A stretch of 18,175 bases of DNA from Candidatus Uhrbacteria bacterium (GTDB lineage: Bacteria; Patescibacteriota; Patescibacteriia; JACQRZ01). The stretch spans positions 1-18,175 of the forward strand of contig JAHFHK010000020.1 in the NCBI GenBank assembly GCA_023246955.1. The letters run 5' to 3'. Of the stretch, positions 1 to 7,420 are shown piece after piece. The translations under genes were made by a program, and so were the position numbers. A model generated the notes under the pieces. That model searched no databases, had not been told where the DNA came from, and saw nothing but the letters and a program-made list of their open reading frames with translations. Each line of letters begins with the position of its first letter. Position 1 is the stretch's first letter.

Positions 1-1
1 A

Positions 2-1033
2 TTTCATCCCCTATCTGAAAAAGAGCTAAAGAAGTATGTTTTCGACGTGGTCGAGGATCCTTCTCTGGCGGAAAGTCGCGCCACAGAACTCAGTGGCGGC
101 AATAAAGAAAAGCTCACTGTTATAGCCAATATATACGAAAAGTTTCCTGGATGGAAACAAGAACTCGCGTCAGGAATGGAATCTTTTTCGAGTACTTTTT
201 GCTTTGCTGCCGCTGCACTTGCTGGCTTCATCCACCCCTATTGGTATGCGCGGAATGGAGCGGTGAGTTTTCTTTGCGAAAAGGATAAAAAATTCTGCTC
301 ATACCTTCAAAGTATTATTTCATTCTCGCTAAAAACTTTTAGCGGCATCGAAGATGACGCCAAAGGCATGATCGTCAATAATTACTCTGGGGGTGGATAT
401 ATTTCCTATGAAAAACTCAAGGATTTTAAAAAAATCCTCGATGATAGCACATACGAAGATGTCCTCTTGATGATCTTCGGAGAGGATGGGATCAATGATC
501 TTATCGATGCGGTAGACTACGCCCTTGAGCACAAGACCGGACTCTTGGAGGCGACGGATATTGTGGTTCCTATGAGTGGCTCAGGATACTCAGATCAAAC
601 AAACCTGCGTGCATCATTTTTAAAATCTCCATCAACACACACTAGAAAGCACTACACCCCCGCAAAGATACGCGCACTCGAAGAACAGAGATATTCAGAG
701 GAAGAAAACCAACGCCGAGAACTTACCGCAGAACTTTCGATCAAAAAGCCACAAATATATACCTTTGTCGCTGGTCTTGCCATCAGTTTTGTGGCGATTA
801 TATTCCGTGTCTCATTCATGAATATGAGTGTAGGGCCGTCCCTAACGAATTCACTCATCCGCTGGGTTCAGTGGGGAATCATTTTCGTGGGGTTTGGCTC
901 GTTACTCGGACTCGTGCGCTACCGCCACCTTACACCAAGTGAGCTCAGCGTCTTTTCGCGGTGGGTATGGTGGATCTGCGCTCTCGCCGCTCTTACCCTT
1001 GTCACACTCATCATCTCAGGATTTGACGCATAA
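2..1033 (+). CDS. Hypothetical protein, 5'-partial; soluble N-terminal region followed by a C-terminal block of 3 predicted TM helices
   Basis: The reading frame stays open back to the window edge (codons from position 2, no stop), so the track's start at 47 (GTG) is probably internal. There is a long ORF ending at 1031-1033. The C-terminal ~90 aa are strongly hydrophobic (FVAGLAISFVAIIF..., WGIIFVGFGSLLGLV..., WWICALAALTLVTLII). I recognise no family motif. Confidence 0.5.
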   Translation, partial: FHPLSEKELKKYVFDVVEDPSLAESRATELSGGNKEKLTVIANIYEKFPGWKQELASGMESFSSTFCFAAAALAGFIHPYWYARNGAVSFLCEKDKKFCSYLQSIISFSLKTFSGIEDDAKGMIVNNYSGGGYISYEKLKDFKKILDDSTYEDVLLMIFGEDGINDLIDAVDYALEHKTGLLEATDIVVPMSGSGYSDQTNLRASFLKSPSTHTRKHYTPAKIRALEEQRYSEEENQRRELTAELSIKKPQIYTFVAGLAISFVAIIFRVSFMNMSVGPSLTNSLIRWVQWGIIFVGFGSLLGLVRYRHLTPSELSVFSRWVWWICALAALTLVTLIISGFDA

Positions 1034-1107
1034 CACACACCGGGGGGCTGCCTCATTCTGGGGCAGTTTTTTTGTTTTCAAACCGTATACTGTTGACAAT
1101 TCATCCC

Positions 1108-1136
1108 TTGTCAGTTTTTCCTTCGCCTGGTACAGT
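1108..1136 (+). promoter_or_regulatory. Candidate sigma70-type promoter (TTGTCA-17bp-TACAGT) upstream of the CDS at 1177; a TTGACA hexamer also lies at 1093-1098
   Basis: Seen in sequence: TTGTCA at 1108-1113, a 17-bp spacer, and TACAGT at 1131-1136. This is about 40 bp upstream of an AGGAGA Shine-Dalgarno at 1161-1166. Confidence 0.3.
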
Positions 1137-1176
1137 GTACTTTCGCACATTAACAACCGAAGGAGAATATGAACTC

Positions 1177-1812
1177 ATGACTACAACAATAATGGCAGAC
1201 CAGGCGATTTCAGGAGGGGCGGTGATATCTGAGATATTTCATGCTCTCAAAGGCGCTCTTGTTCATCGTGGTGCGCAGCTCATCAGAATAGGAGAGATTG
1301 TTCGATCGTGGGAGGATCGATACCCCACTGCACCCATTCTCTCCTCAGGAGGAGGTCTGGTGGGATATGTTAGTTATCGATTTGCGTATATAGTGCGTTT
1401 TGAAAACCGTGGCTATATTATCGCTCATGGCAATACTCATTGTCCCTCCTGCATCGTTGATCTCTGCATTCGCACGATCCCCAGGATTGAGAAGGGATCA
1501 TCGTTTGATGACACCTTACGAATGGCTCTTGAAACGAACCGTTCTTTTGCATATTCGCCTCTCATTGCTCGCAACAATGGATTGCTCGCAGCGCGTAGCC
1601 CCTATGCCGAAGAGTGGGCGGCCAAGTCTCGCCCCGTGCAGATCCCCGTCGATCGCTTTGTGAGTGCCCAGGAGCAACACCACCGGTATCCTGTGCGCGA
1701 CAATACCTCTGTCCATGCATACTGTAGTGATATTATCGGTAGTCTCTGCACTATGATCGCCATCGCACTCGAAGCGTTTCGGGAACCGGAGATACTCTCA
1801 TATATCTCCTGA
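1177..1812 (+). CDS. Hypothetical protein (211 aa from the ATG at 1177; the track ORF 1072..1812 extends further upstream in frame)
   Basis: The in-frame ATG at 1177 is preceded by AGGAGA (1161-1166) at about 10 nt spacing. The upstream in-frame stretch 1072-1176 has no better start and overlaps the promoter-like region. No recognisable domain. Confidence 0.55.
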   Translation: MTTTIMADQAISGGAVISEIFHALKGALVHRGAQLIRIGEIVRSWEDRYPTAPILSSGGGLVGYVSYRFAYIVRFENRGYIIAHGNTHCPSCIVDLCIRTIPRIEKGSSFDDTLRMALETNRSFAYSPLIARNNGLLAARSPYAEEWAAKSRPVQIPVDRFVSAQEQHHRYPVRDNTSVHAYCSDIIGSLCTMIAIALEAFREPEILSYIS

Positions 1813-1828
1813 TGCGTCACAATAGTCC

Positions 1829-1861
1829 GAAACCAGGTTAATCCCCCTGGTTTCTTTTTTT
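1829..1861 (+). terminator. Rho-independent terminator for the CDS at 1177..1812
   Basis: Stem GAAACCAGG (1829-1837) pairs with CCTGGTTTC (1846-1854) around an 8-nt loop, followed by a T7 tract at 1855-1861. Confidence 0.65.
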
Positions 1862-1889
1862 ACCCGTAGCCGCATGATACACTATAGAT

Positions 1890-2243
1890 ATGCCTACCTC
1901 ACTTCTCATTATCATCGCGGTTCTCGCTGGGTCGTTCAGTAATGTCCTCATCAAGATCGGAACGGGACAGATTCCTGCGGTTTCTGTGTCGCTACGATCA
2001 CTCCTCGGGATCGCTACGAACCCGTATATCGTCGTAGGGGTTTTTCTCACGGTCGTCACCTTCCCAACCTATACGGCGATCTATCAGCGGATGACCCTCG
2101 GGCAGGCGTTTCCTCTTATAACGAGCTCAATGTTTGTGGTCGCGACCCTCGCTTCTGCCCTCTTTCTCAAAGAGGCATTGACGCCTGTCAATTATTTGGG
2201 TATAGTAGTGGTCGTCCTGGGTATTTGGCTCATGACGCGGTAA
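1890..2243 (+). CDS. Small 4-TM membrane protein, DMT superfamily-like (EamA/ArnE-like half-transporter)
   Basis: 117 aa with four hydrophobic segments and no soluble domain. The pattern YQRMTLGQAFPLITSS...ALFLKEALTPVNYLGIVVVVLGIWLM resembles the conserved core of EamA/ArnE-type small membrane proteins. It starts about 30 nt after the upstream terminator. Confidence 0.6.
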   Translation: MPTSLLIIIAVLAGSFSNVLIKIGTGQIPAVSVSLRSLLGIATNPYIVVGVFLTVVTFPTYTAIYQRMTLGQAFPLITSSMFVVATLASALFLKEALTPVNYLGIVVVVLGIWLMTR

Positions 2244-2267
2244 GTTCCTTTTAGCAGAAATATATAT

Positions 2268-2342
2268 GGTGGCCATGGTGTAGTGATAACACTAGAGGTT
2301 GTGGTCCTCTCGTCACGGGTTTGATCCCCGTTGGCCACCCCA
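2268..2342 (+). tRNA. tRNA-His (anticodon GTG) with an encoded G-1 and 3' CCA
   Basis: Cloverleaf folded by hand. G-1 (2268) pairs with C73 (2339). The acceptor stem is GTGGCCA (2269-2275) paired with TGGCCAC (2332-2338). U8 is at 2276. The D stem is GTGT/ACAC with loop AGTGATA. The anticodon stem is AGAGG (2294-2298) paired with CCTCT (2306-2310), with loop TTGTGGT, so the anticodon GTG is at 2301-2303. The variable loop is 4 nt. The T stem is ACGGG/CCCGT with loop TTTGATC. CCA is at 2340-2342. The 3' end ...CCACCCCA is the same His-tRNA 3' end as in E. coli tRNA-His, which carries the extra 5' G. Confidence 0.8.
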
Positions 2343-3974
2343 TGAGCGAAAAGCGAGGTTCAAAGCCTCGTTTTTGCTTTTAGTAGAAACAAAAGCCTCT
2401 GGTTCCAACGTAGCTGCTGCTTTTACGATTCCATTTCTGTGGTTGGAAATAGGATTAATCCATTCAGAGCGCTCAAATGTCACTACTTTATCTTTCAAAA
2501 CAAAACTCTGTCCTAAAGTTTGAAGTATGATTCTTTTTTCCTTCAACCCTCCTTTAATAAACCGTTCTCGTGCATGTGTCACGAAATCAAAAGCTTGCTC
2601 CATTTTCTTCAACCATTCTTCCGCACTATTGTGATTTTCATCTAATCTCTCCTTTGCAATGATAAGCTCCTTTTGGAGGATAATTTTTCTCGAGGCGTAT
2701 TCAACATCAGTAAGAAGGTCTTTTAATCTCAAATCCGTTAGCGTATCAATTTTTTGCTGTATTTCAACATATCTTTTTTCATTTACATAACGTGACCCAT
2801 TTCGCAAAGCGACTTCAGCTTCATGCTGCTCTCGCATCTCGGAAAGCGCCCAGTCCTTGAATTCTTCGGGAATGGTGAACCTCTCTATTTCACCAAGAAT
2901 CTGCTTTTCGAGGAGAGGAAGGGTTATGGAAGGTTCTTTACACTTTATTCCCTGCTTTCTTCGTGTACAGCGATAATAAACGTATTTAGCTTGTTTACCT
3001 GTGGATTTAATGAGCTTCTGTTTTTCTTGAGCAGTCACCATACAACCACAGTCTCCACAACGTATAAGCCCTGTAAATGCAAATTCGTGCGTCTTGGGAC
3101 GTATTTGGTTCTTATTGCCAAGTATCGCTTGTACTTGCTCATATTCTTCCATGGTAATCATTGGTACATGGTTGCCCTTATAGGTCTTTCCGTCGTACTG
3201 GAATAATCCTGTATAAAAAGGATTGTGAAAAATCCGATACCAGGTAGCCTGACCAATAGGGTTCCCGCCCCTCCTCTTTCTTTTTGGAGTAGTAAGTGCA
3301 AACTTTGTATGAGCAATCTCCATAATCTCTGAAACAGTGTGACCTCCTTCCAGCAACATATCCCAGCATTTCCTCATCACCATAAAACGCTCTGCATCTT
3401 TAACAATTGTTTTATTGATTACGTCATTCTTGTATCCGAGGGGTGGAACACCAGGAAATCCACCACGTTCTATTTTGCCCCTTATCCCTCGCTTCGTATT
3501 TTTGCGAAGGTCGATAATAAACTGATTCGCACTACCACTTTCAATATTGAGAAGCAATACGTTATCGCTTGGCAGATAAGTTCTGTCTATAGTACGAACC
3601 TCCTTCAAGACTTCTCTTTGCAAGAACCATGATATTTGTGCGCTATCTATAGGGTTTCGAGATAGTCTATTGTATTGCCAACACAGAATAGCGTCTGCAT
3701 CCCCCTTATCAATCCTCAACATCATCTCATTGAATACTGGTCTTATTTTTGGTTCTTTTGCAGATTTTGATTCAGTAAGAACATCTATAATATCCAGTCC
3801 AAGATGATTTGCCATTTCTTGGAGCCTATTTATCTGGTCATCTATAGATTGCACTTGCCTATCATCCGCCTCTGAAGACTTACGCGCATATAGAAAATAT
3901 CGAGGTTTTACGACTGCATTTTCTGATTGATACATAGTGGCAATATTATTTGTAATTATAAATCGTTTTAACAC
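2313..3974 (-). CDS. Large serine recombinase (integrase): resolvase-type catalytic domain, recombinase domain, zinc ribbon and coiled-coil
   Basis: The N-terminus carries the serine-recombinase catalytic motifs YARKSSEADDRQVQSIDDQ (active-site Ser) and ILCWQYNRLSRNPID. A mid-protein Cys cluster CGDCGCMV...YYRCTRRKQGIKC fits a zinc ribbon, and a long C-terminal helical region follows. The track start is a GTG at 3974 lying directly against a GGGAGG with no spacer, so the true start may be the ATG at 3935 (MYQSEN...). The last ~28 codons are encoded by the tRNA-His 3' end and its terminator. Confidence 0.85.
   Translation of the reverse strand: MLKRFIITNNIATMYQSENAVVKPRYFLYARKSSEADDRQVQSIDDQINRLQEMANHLGLDIIDVLTESKSAKEPKIRPVFNEMMLRIDKGDADAILCWQYNRLSRNPIDSAQISWFLQREVLKEVRTIDRTYLPSDNVLLLNIESGSANQFIIDLRKNTKRGIRGKIERGGFPGVPPLGYKNDVINKTIVKDAERFMVMRKCWDMLLEGGHTVSEIMEIAHTKFALTTPKRKRRGGNPIGQATWYRIFHNPFYTGLFQYDGKTYKGNHVPMITMEEYEQVQAILGNKNQIRPKTHEFAFTGLIRCGDCGCMVTAQEKQKLIKSTGKQAKYVYYRCTRRKQGIKCKEPSITLPLLEKQILGEIERFTIPEEFKDWALSEMREQHEAEVALRNGSRYVNEKRYVEIQQKIDTLTDLRLKDLLTDVEYASRKIILQKELIIAKERLDENHNSAEEWLKKMEQAFDFVTHARERFIKGGLKEKRIILQTLGQSFVLKDKVVTFERSEWINPISNHRNGIVKAAATLEPEAFVSTKSKNEALNLAFRSWGGQRGSNP
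2354..2380 (+). terminator. Rho-independent terminator downstream of tRNA-His
   Basis: Hairpin CGAGG (2354-2358), loop TTCAAAG, CCTCG (2366-2370), followed by TTTTTGCTTTT. The tail TTTTGCTTTTAGTAGAAA recurs at 18149-18166 behind another terminator hairpin. Confidence 0.5.
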
Positions 3975-4603
3975 CTCCCGCCATACTCCCTAATGAGAAG
4001 GTTGCAGACAATCTTCGCCATACTCGTTTTACTAACTGATTTTTGTTTCCGTAAAATCTTGTAGACCTCTTTTGTTACCCCTACTCTCTTATAGATGGTC
4101 AAACCTTCTTCCTTTTTATACATAAACTCTATGTATTATGAGTAATATATTGCCTTATAACTGGGCTCTCCCTCAAATCTATCCCTAAGAATCAATATCG
4201 CGTGTACTCCCTTTAAGGTTGTCCTTTATTTATGTTCCAGGATTTCCCTTGGTGGCACAGGTTGTCAAGGCGTCGAAAATCTTGTTTCGACTCAAAGCCT
4301 ATACTACATTCTTGAGGGTGAGTTCGCGGTCGCCAGTTTTAGTAAGCCAAAAGACTTTAGCTCTCTCCTAACTGACGTGAATGATTTGATATGGGCTTGT
4401 AAACAACTTGAAGTAACAGAATCAATTGAGTTCCCTTTTTTCGCGCCTCACTTTCAGACAAAGCAATACCAAACTTCGCTTGGTAAATTTCCTGAAATTG
4501 TTGGATTTTCTTTGCTGAAAGTTCCACAAAAAAAGAATCAAGATTGATACCTTGACTCTATAACAAATAAACCTGATTCTGAGTTAGTGGAATTAGTGGA
4601 AAA

Positions 4604-5434
4604 TTATTTTCCCATAAATATAATGTATTTATTGTTTTTTCCGTTCCTAAATTCCACTGGGAAGTAATTACCTTTCTTCCATGAAAAATCTTTTCTTAAC
4701 TTATTAAAGACATCCTTCACCTGCTCCCAGTTATTGAAAGATTTATCATCGCCCAAGAAAGACTTTGTATACTCGGCTACCGTATCAGGTTTGAGCTTCA
4801 TTCCTCGCCATTCTTCAAGTATAGATAAAAGAGCGTACGAGTAGGTGCCTTTTGTATATACTACTCTGCGACCATCAAAATAAAGCTCACCAGTCTCTTT
4901 ATAAAAACGAGGTTCATTTCTTTCAGTGTATATCTGATGTGCTAAATCAACCTCCAGCTCAAAAGTTATAGTATCGCCCGATATCGCCTCAACCTTGGCA
5001 GAGATAAGCCCTATCTCATTCTTATTTTCAAGCTCTAATAGCCCAGCAATTAAACTAAAGGAATCAAACTCCCCTCTTGGATGCTTAACATCTTCGGGCA
5101 AATCTAGTATCCATAACGAATAATTTATTTTTATCCTTGTTGTAGCGGGTAAAAAACGCCTATCCATCTTTAGCGAATTAAGGAAGTTCTTTTTTATATC
5201 CAAATCATCCCCGGGATATGAACGTGGAATTATAAAGCTAGAATCGAACTCTCGAAAACAATAAAATAACCGAGGGCGGGCAATTAAAGACCTATTTATC
5301 AGACCAATCAAAATATCATAGGATTTTGATTCTTCCTTTTCATTAATATTAAAATTTTCAATGAGACTTTTATAGTAATCATCAAGACCAAGATAGTAAG
5401 CGAGTTTTTGCGTCTCAAGCGTTTTCCCAAACAT
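4604..5434 (-). CDS. Hypothetical protein (276 aa), island cargo
   Basis: Long minus-strand ORF with AT-rich codon usage like its neighbours. I recognise no catalytic motif. A weak AAGGAG lies rather far (about 17 nt) from the ATG. Confidence 0.5.
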   Translation of the reverse strand: MFGKTLETQKLAYYLGLDDYYKSLIENFNINEKEESKSYDILIGLINRSLIARPRLFYCFREFDSSFIIPRSYPGDDLDIKKNFLNSLKMDRRFLPATTRIKINYSLWILDLPEDVKHPRGEFDSFSLIAGLLELENKNEIGLISAKVEAISGDTITFELEVDLAHQIYTERNEPRFYKETGELYFDGRRVVYTKGTYSYALLSILEEWRGMKLKPDTVAEYTKSFLGDDKSFNNWEQVKDVFNKLRKDFSWKKGNYFPVEFRNGKNNKYIIFMGK

Positions 5435-5567
5435 AAGTAGCTAAATACATACTCCTTTGTGTTTACTCCATCCAACGACAAAAAGCAACATATTGCTGGA
5501 CGAGAGACGACATTCTTGATAGTATCAAAGTACAATTTAATTGCCTAAACCCATGTTTTCTGACGTG

Positions 5568-5662
5568 GGCATGGCGTAAAAGCTCACAACAATACTGAAC
5601 CCCGCGTTCAGCGACTTGTTGTGAGTCATGCCTCGAAAGGGGTATGGAGCCGAAAGGCTCAG
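5568..5662 (+). ncRNA. Candidate structured RNA or cis-regulatory element (nested hairpins) in the divergent intergenic region
   Basis: Outer stem GGCATG (5569-5574) pairs with CATGCC (5628-5633). Inside it, a perfect 10-bp stem CTCACAACAA (5584-5593) pairs with TTGTTGTGAG (5617-5626). That stem encloses a hairpin CTGAAC-CCCGC-GTTCAG (5596-5612). A GNRA hairpin GAGCC-GAAA-GGCTC follows at 5648-5661. Strand and function are undetermined. Confidence 0.3.
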
Positions 5663-5741
5663 CTGGCACGGGGCTTTGTGTTTTATTAAGCCACTGCCAG
5701 TAATTTCACCTATTTATTACACTTAATTCATATTTTTATAT

Positions 5742-6236
5742 ATGGAAACAAAGCCAAAAAAGCCGTTTTATAAAGTATGGTGGTTCTGGGCAATCGTTGT
5801 GGTGGTTCTAATAGCTATTGGGTCATCGGCTAAGCCACAGACGCCCACAGGCACTCCACAAGCTCAAAAAGAGGCATCTACGACCACGGAGCCGAAAAAA
5901 GAGGTTCCCGCAGCTCCTAAGGAGGCAGTAATCAAAACAACGGCAACAGAGCTATATGACGCCTATGACGCTAATCAGATTGCGGCAGATGAGAAGTACA
6001 AAGGTAAGACTCTCGAGATAACGGGTACTATCTACAGTATCGGCAAAGACGTTCTGAACTCCCCTTATGTACAGCTTGAGGCAAAGAACCCTTTACTCGG
6101 TGTACAGTGCTATTTAAGCAAAGATGAGGCGTCTAAGGCTGCCACACTTCAGAAGGGACAAAAGGTAACACTTAAAGGACGTGGTGACGGTAAAATCTTG
6201 AATGCAATGGTCAAAGACTGTGTGATAGTTCAATAA
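5742..6236 (+). CDS. Membrane-anchored OB-fold protein (tRNA_anti-like / DUF-type; N-terminal TM anchor, Pro/Thr-rich linker, C-terminal OB domain)
   Basis: Signal-anchor sequence KKPFYKVWWFWAIVVVVLIAIGS, then a low-complexity PT/K-rich linker. The C-terminal domain has the pattern ELYDAYDANQIAADEKYKGKTLEITGTI...VQLE...LKG...V, typical of the tRNA_anti-like OB-fold family of Firmicutes lipo/membrane proteins. Assigned from memory. Confidence 0.6.
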   Translation: METKPKKPFYKVWWFWAIVVVVLIAIGSSAKPQTPTGTPQAQKEASTTTEPKKEVPAAPKEAVIKTTATELYDAYDANQIAADEKYKGKTLEITGTIYSIGKDVLNSPYVQLEAKNPLLGVQCYLSKDEASKAATLQKGQKVTLKGRGDGKILNAMVKDCVIVQ

Positions 6237-6256
6237 AATATCTCAGTCGCGATAAG

Positions 6257-6280
6257 ACGCCCCCACAAAGGGCGTTTTAT
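6257..6280 (+). terminator. Rho-independent terminator after the CDS at 5742..6236
   Basis: Stem ACGCCC (6257-6262) pairs with GGGCGT (6270-6275) around loop CCACAAA, followed by TTTT(ATAAT). Confidence 0.55.
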
Positions 6281-6287
6281 AATATGG

Positions 6288-6560
6288 CTACACACTTACA
6301 ACCTCATGGCTTAGCGCTGACATTCGAGCGCTATCAATCAGTTCATTAATCCTATTTATCTGCATATCTATATCTTGAGTGTAGTAGTTCGTTTCAACTG
6401 CCTGTTTGTTTGCAAACAACTTATCCAGGAGCTTTACAAGCATTTTTATGTCACCTTCAAAGCATTTTTTGGCAAATACATGCTTGGCTCCAAATTCCCC
6501 TGATATAATAATTTCGTCTAACGAATTCTCAGTGATTCTTCCCTCCCAAACAGCAATCAA
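6288..6560 (-). pseudogene. Doubtful small ORF or gene remnant (90 aa from a TTG start; the frame stays open another 35 codons upstream to 6665 with no start codon)
   Basis: The only possible starts are TTG at 6560 or an internal ATG, and there is no Shine-Dalgarno. The in-frame upstream extension ...LSAPYGNTNSVGHRSGGGRPSAYKEQSDADF(L)IAVWEG... has no initiator, which suggests an N-terminally truncated or decayed gene. Confidence 0.3.
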
Positions 6561-6799
6561 AAAGTCAGCGTCACTCTGCTCTTTATAAGCACTTGGTCGC
6601 CCTCCTCCTGACCTATGTCCGACTGAATTGGTGTTTCCGTAGGGTGCGCTCAGATGTTTTTGTTGTTAGAAACAATTCTTTTTCATATTAGATGAAAAAT
6701 CAAATATAATCTACAAATACAACCCTTGTATTAAAGACTTTTTCTGTTAGAATTGAGGGTAAAGCAGGCAACTACACACGACACGACCTAATAGTATCT

Positions 6800-7420
6800 A
6801 TGAACAATAACTTAAATTTTACATTCTACGACACAATAAGCTATCTCGTCCCTGGATTACTATTGCTATTCGCTTCTAATCGAATTTTCTCATTGGAATT
6901 TGACATTAATAATGTCAATCCTTTAGTCTACTTTGTCACCGCATATGTATGCGGGGCAGTGTTGAATATGCTTAGCCTATTTCTCTATCGTCATATTGAA
7001 ACAAAGATTAAGTTTATCGAGAAAATTGCACGACTTTCAAAATACATCACCATACCAGTGCGTCGTGTAGAATACACGAGAAACGAATTAATCACACTAG
7101 TAAAGGAAAAGTACCGCTTAGATTTCACAAAAGACAAACTTGGGCTGTACGTTTTTGCAGATACAGTAACATCAAACTCAGCAATTGCAGATAAGGACGT
7201 ATTAATAGCCAAAGAGGGTTTTTTTCGAAATCTAACCGTAGCCATCTTAGTGGTTTCTTGCCTCACCTTCAAAGAGCTGGGTAGTCATGTCACCTTTCTA
7301 CTTGGTGGTTTACTGCTTTTTGAACTGTGCTACTACGGCAGAGAGCACTACAAGGAACTCAAAAACCAAAAAATATACATGTTGGCTTACTTCAAGATAA
7401 ATGAGAACAAAACAATATGA
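6800..7420 (+). CDS. Multi-pass membrane protein (206 aa, about 4 TM), first gene of a coupled pair
   Basis: Hydrophobic segments LVPGLLLLFASNRIF, LVYFVTAYVCGAVLNMLSLFLY, LTVAILVVSCLTF and FLLGGLLLFELCYY. Its stop overlaps the next gene's start (ATGA at 7417-7420). No Shine-Dalgarno. Confidence 0.6.
   Translation: MNNNLNFTFYDTISYLVPGLLLLFASNRIFSLEFDINNVNPLVYFVTAYVCGAVLNMLSLFLYRHIETKIKFIEKIARLSKYITIPVRRVEYTRNELITLVKEKYRLDFTKDKLGLYVFADTVTSNSAIADKDVLIAKEGFFRNLTVAILVVSCLTFKELGSHVTFLLGGLLLFELCYYGREHYKELKNQKIYMLAYFKINENKTI

Noticed and set aside
2299-2523. Plus-strand ORF 2299..2523 (74 aa) and minus-strand ORF 1838..2059
   Set aside because: The first overlaps the tRNA-His 3' end, its terminator and the recombinase C-terminus. 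The second is antisense to the DMT-like membrane protein gene. Neither has translation signals.
4584-4601. Tandem duplication TTAGTGGAA x2
   Set aside because: Only two 9-bp units, sitting just downstream of the stop of the minus-strand 276-aa gene. Too short to call a repeat element; probably low-complexity AT-rich 3' flank.
5435-5560. Alternative upstream ATG (MYLATYVW...) for the 276-aa minus-strand gene
   Set aside because: It is out of frame with the long ORF and hits a stop after 11 codons.
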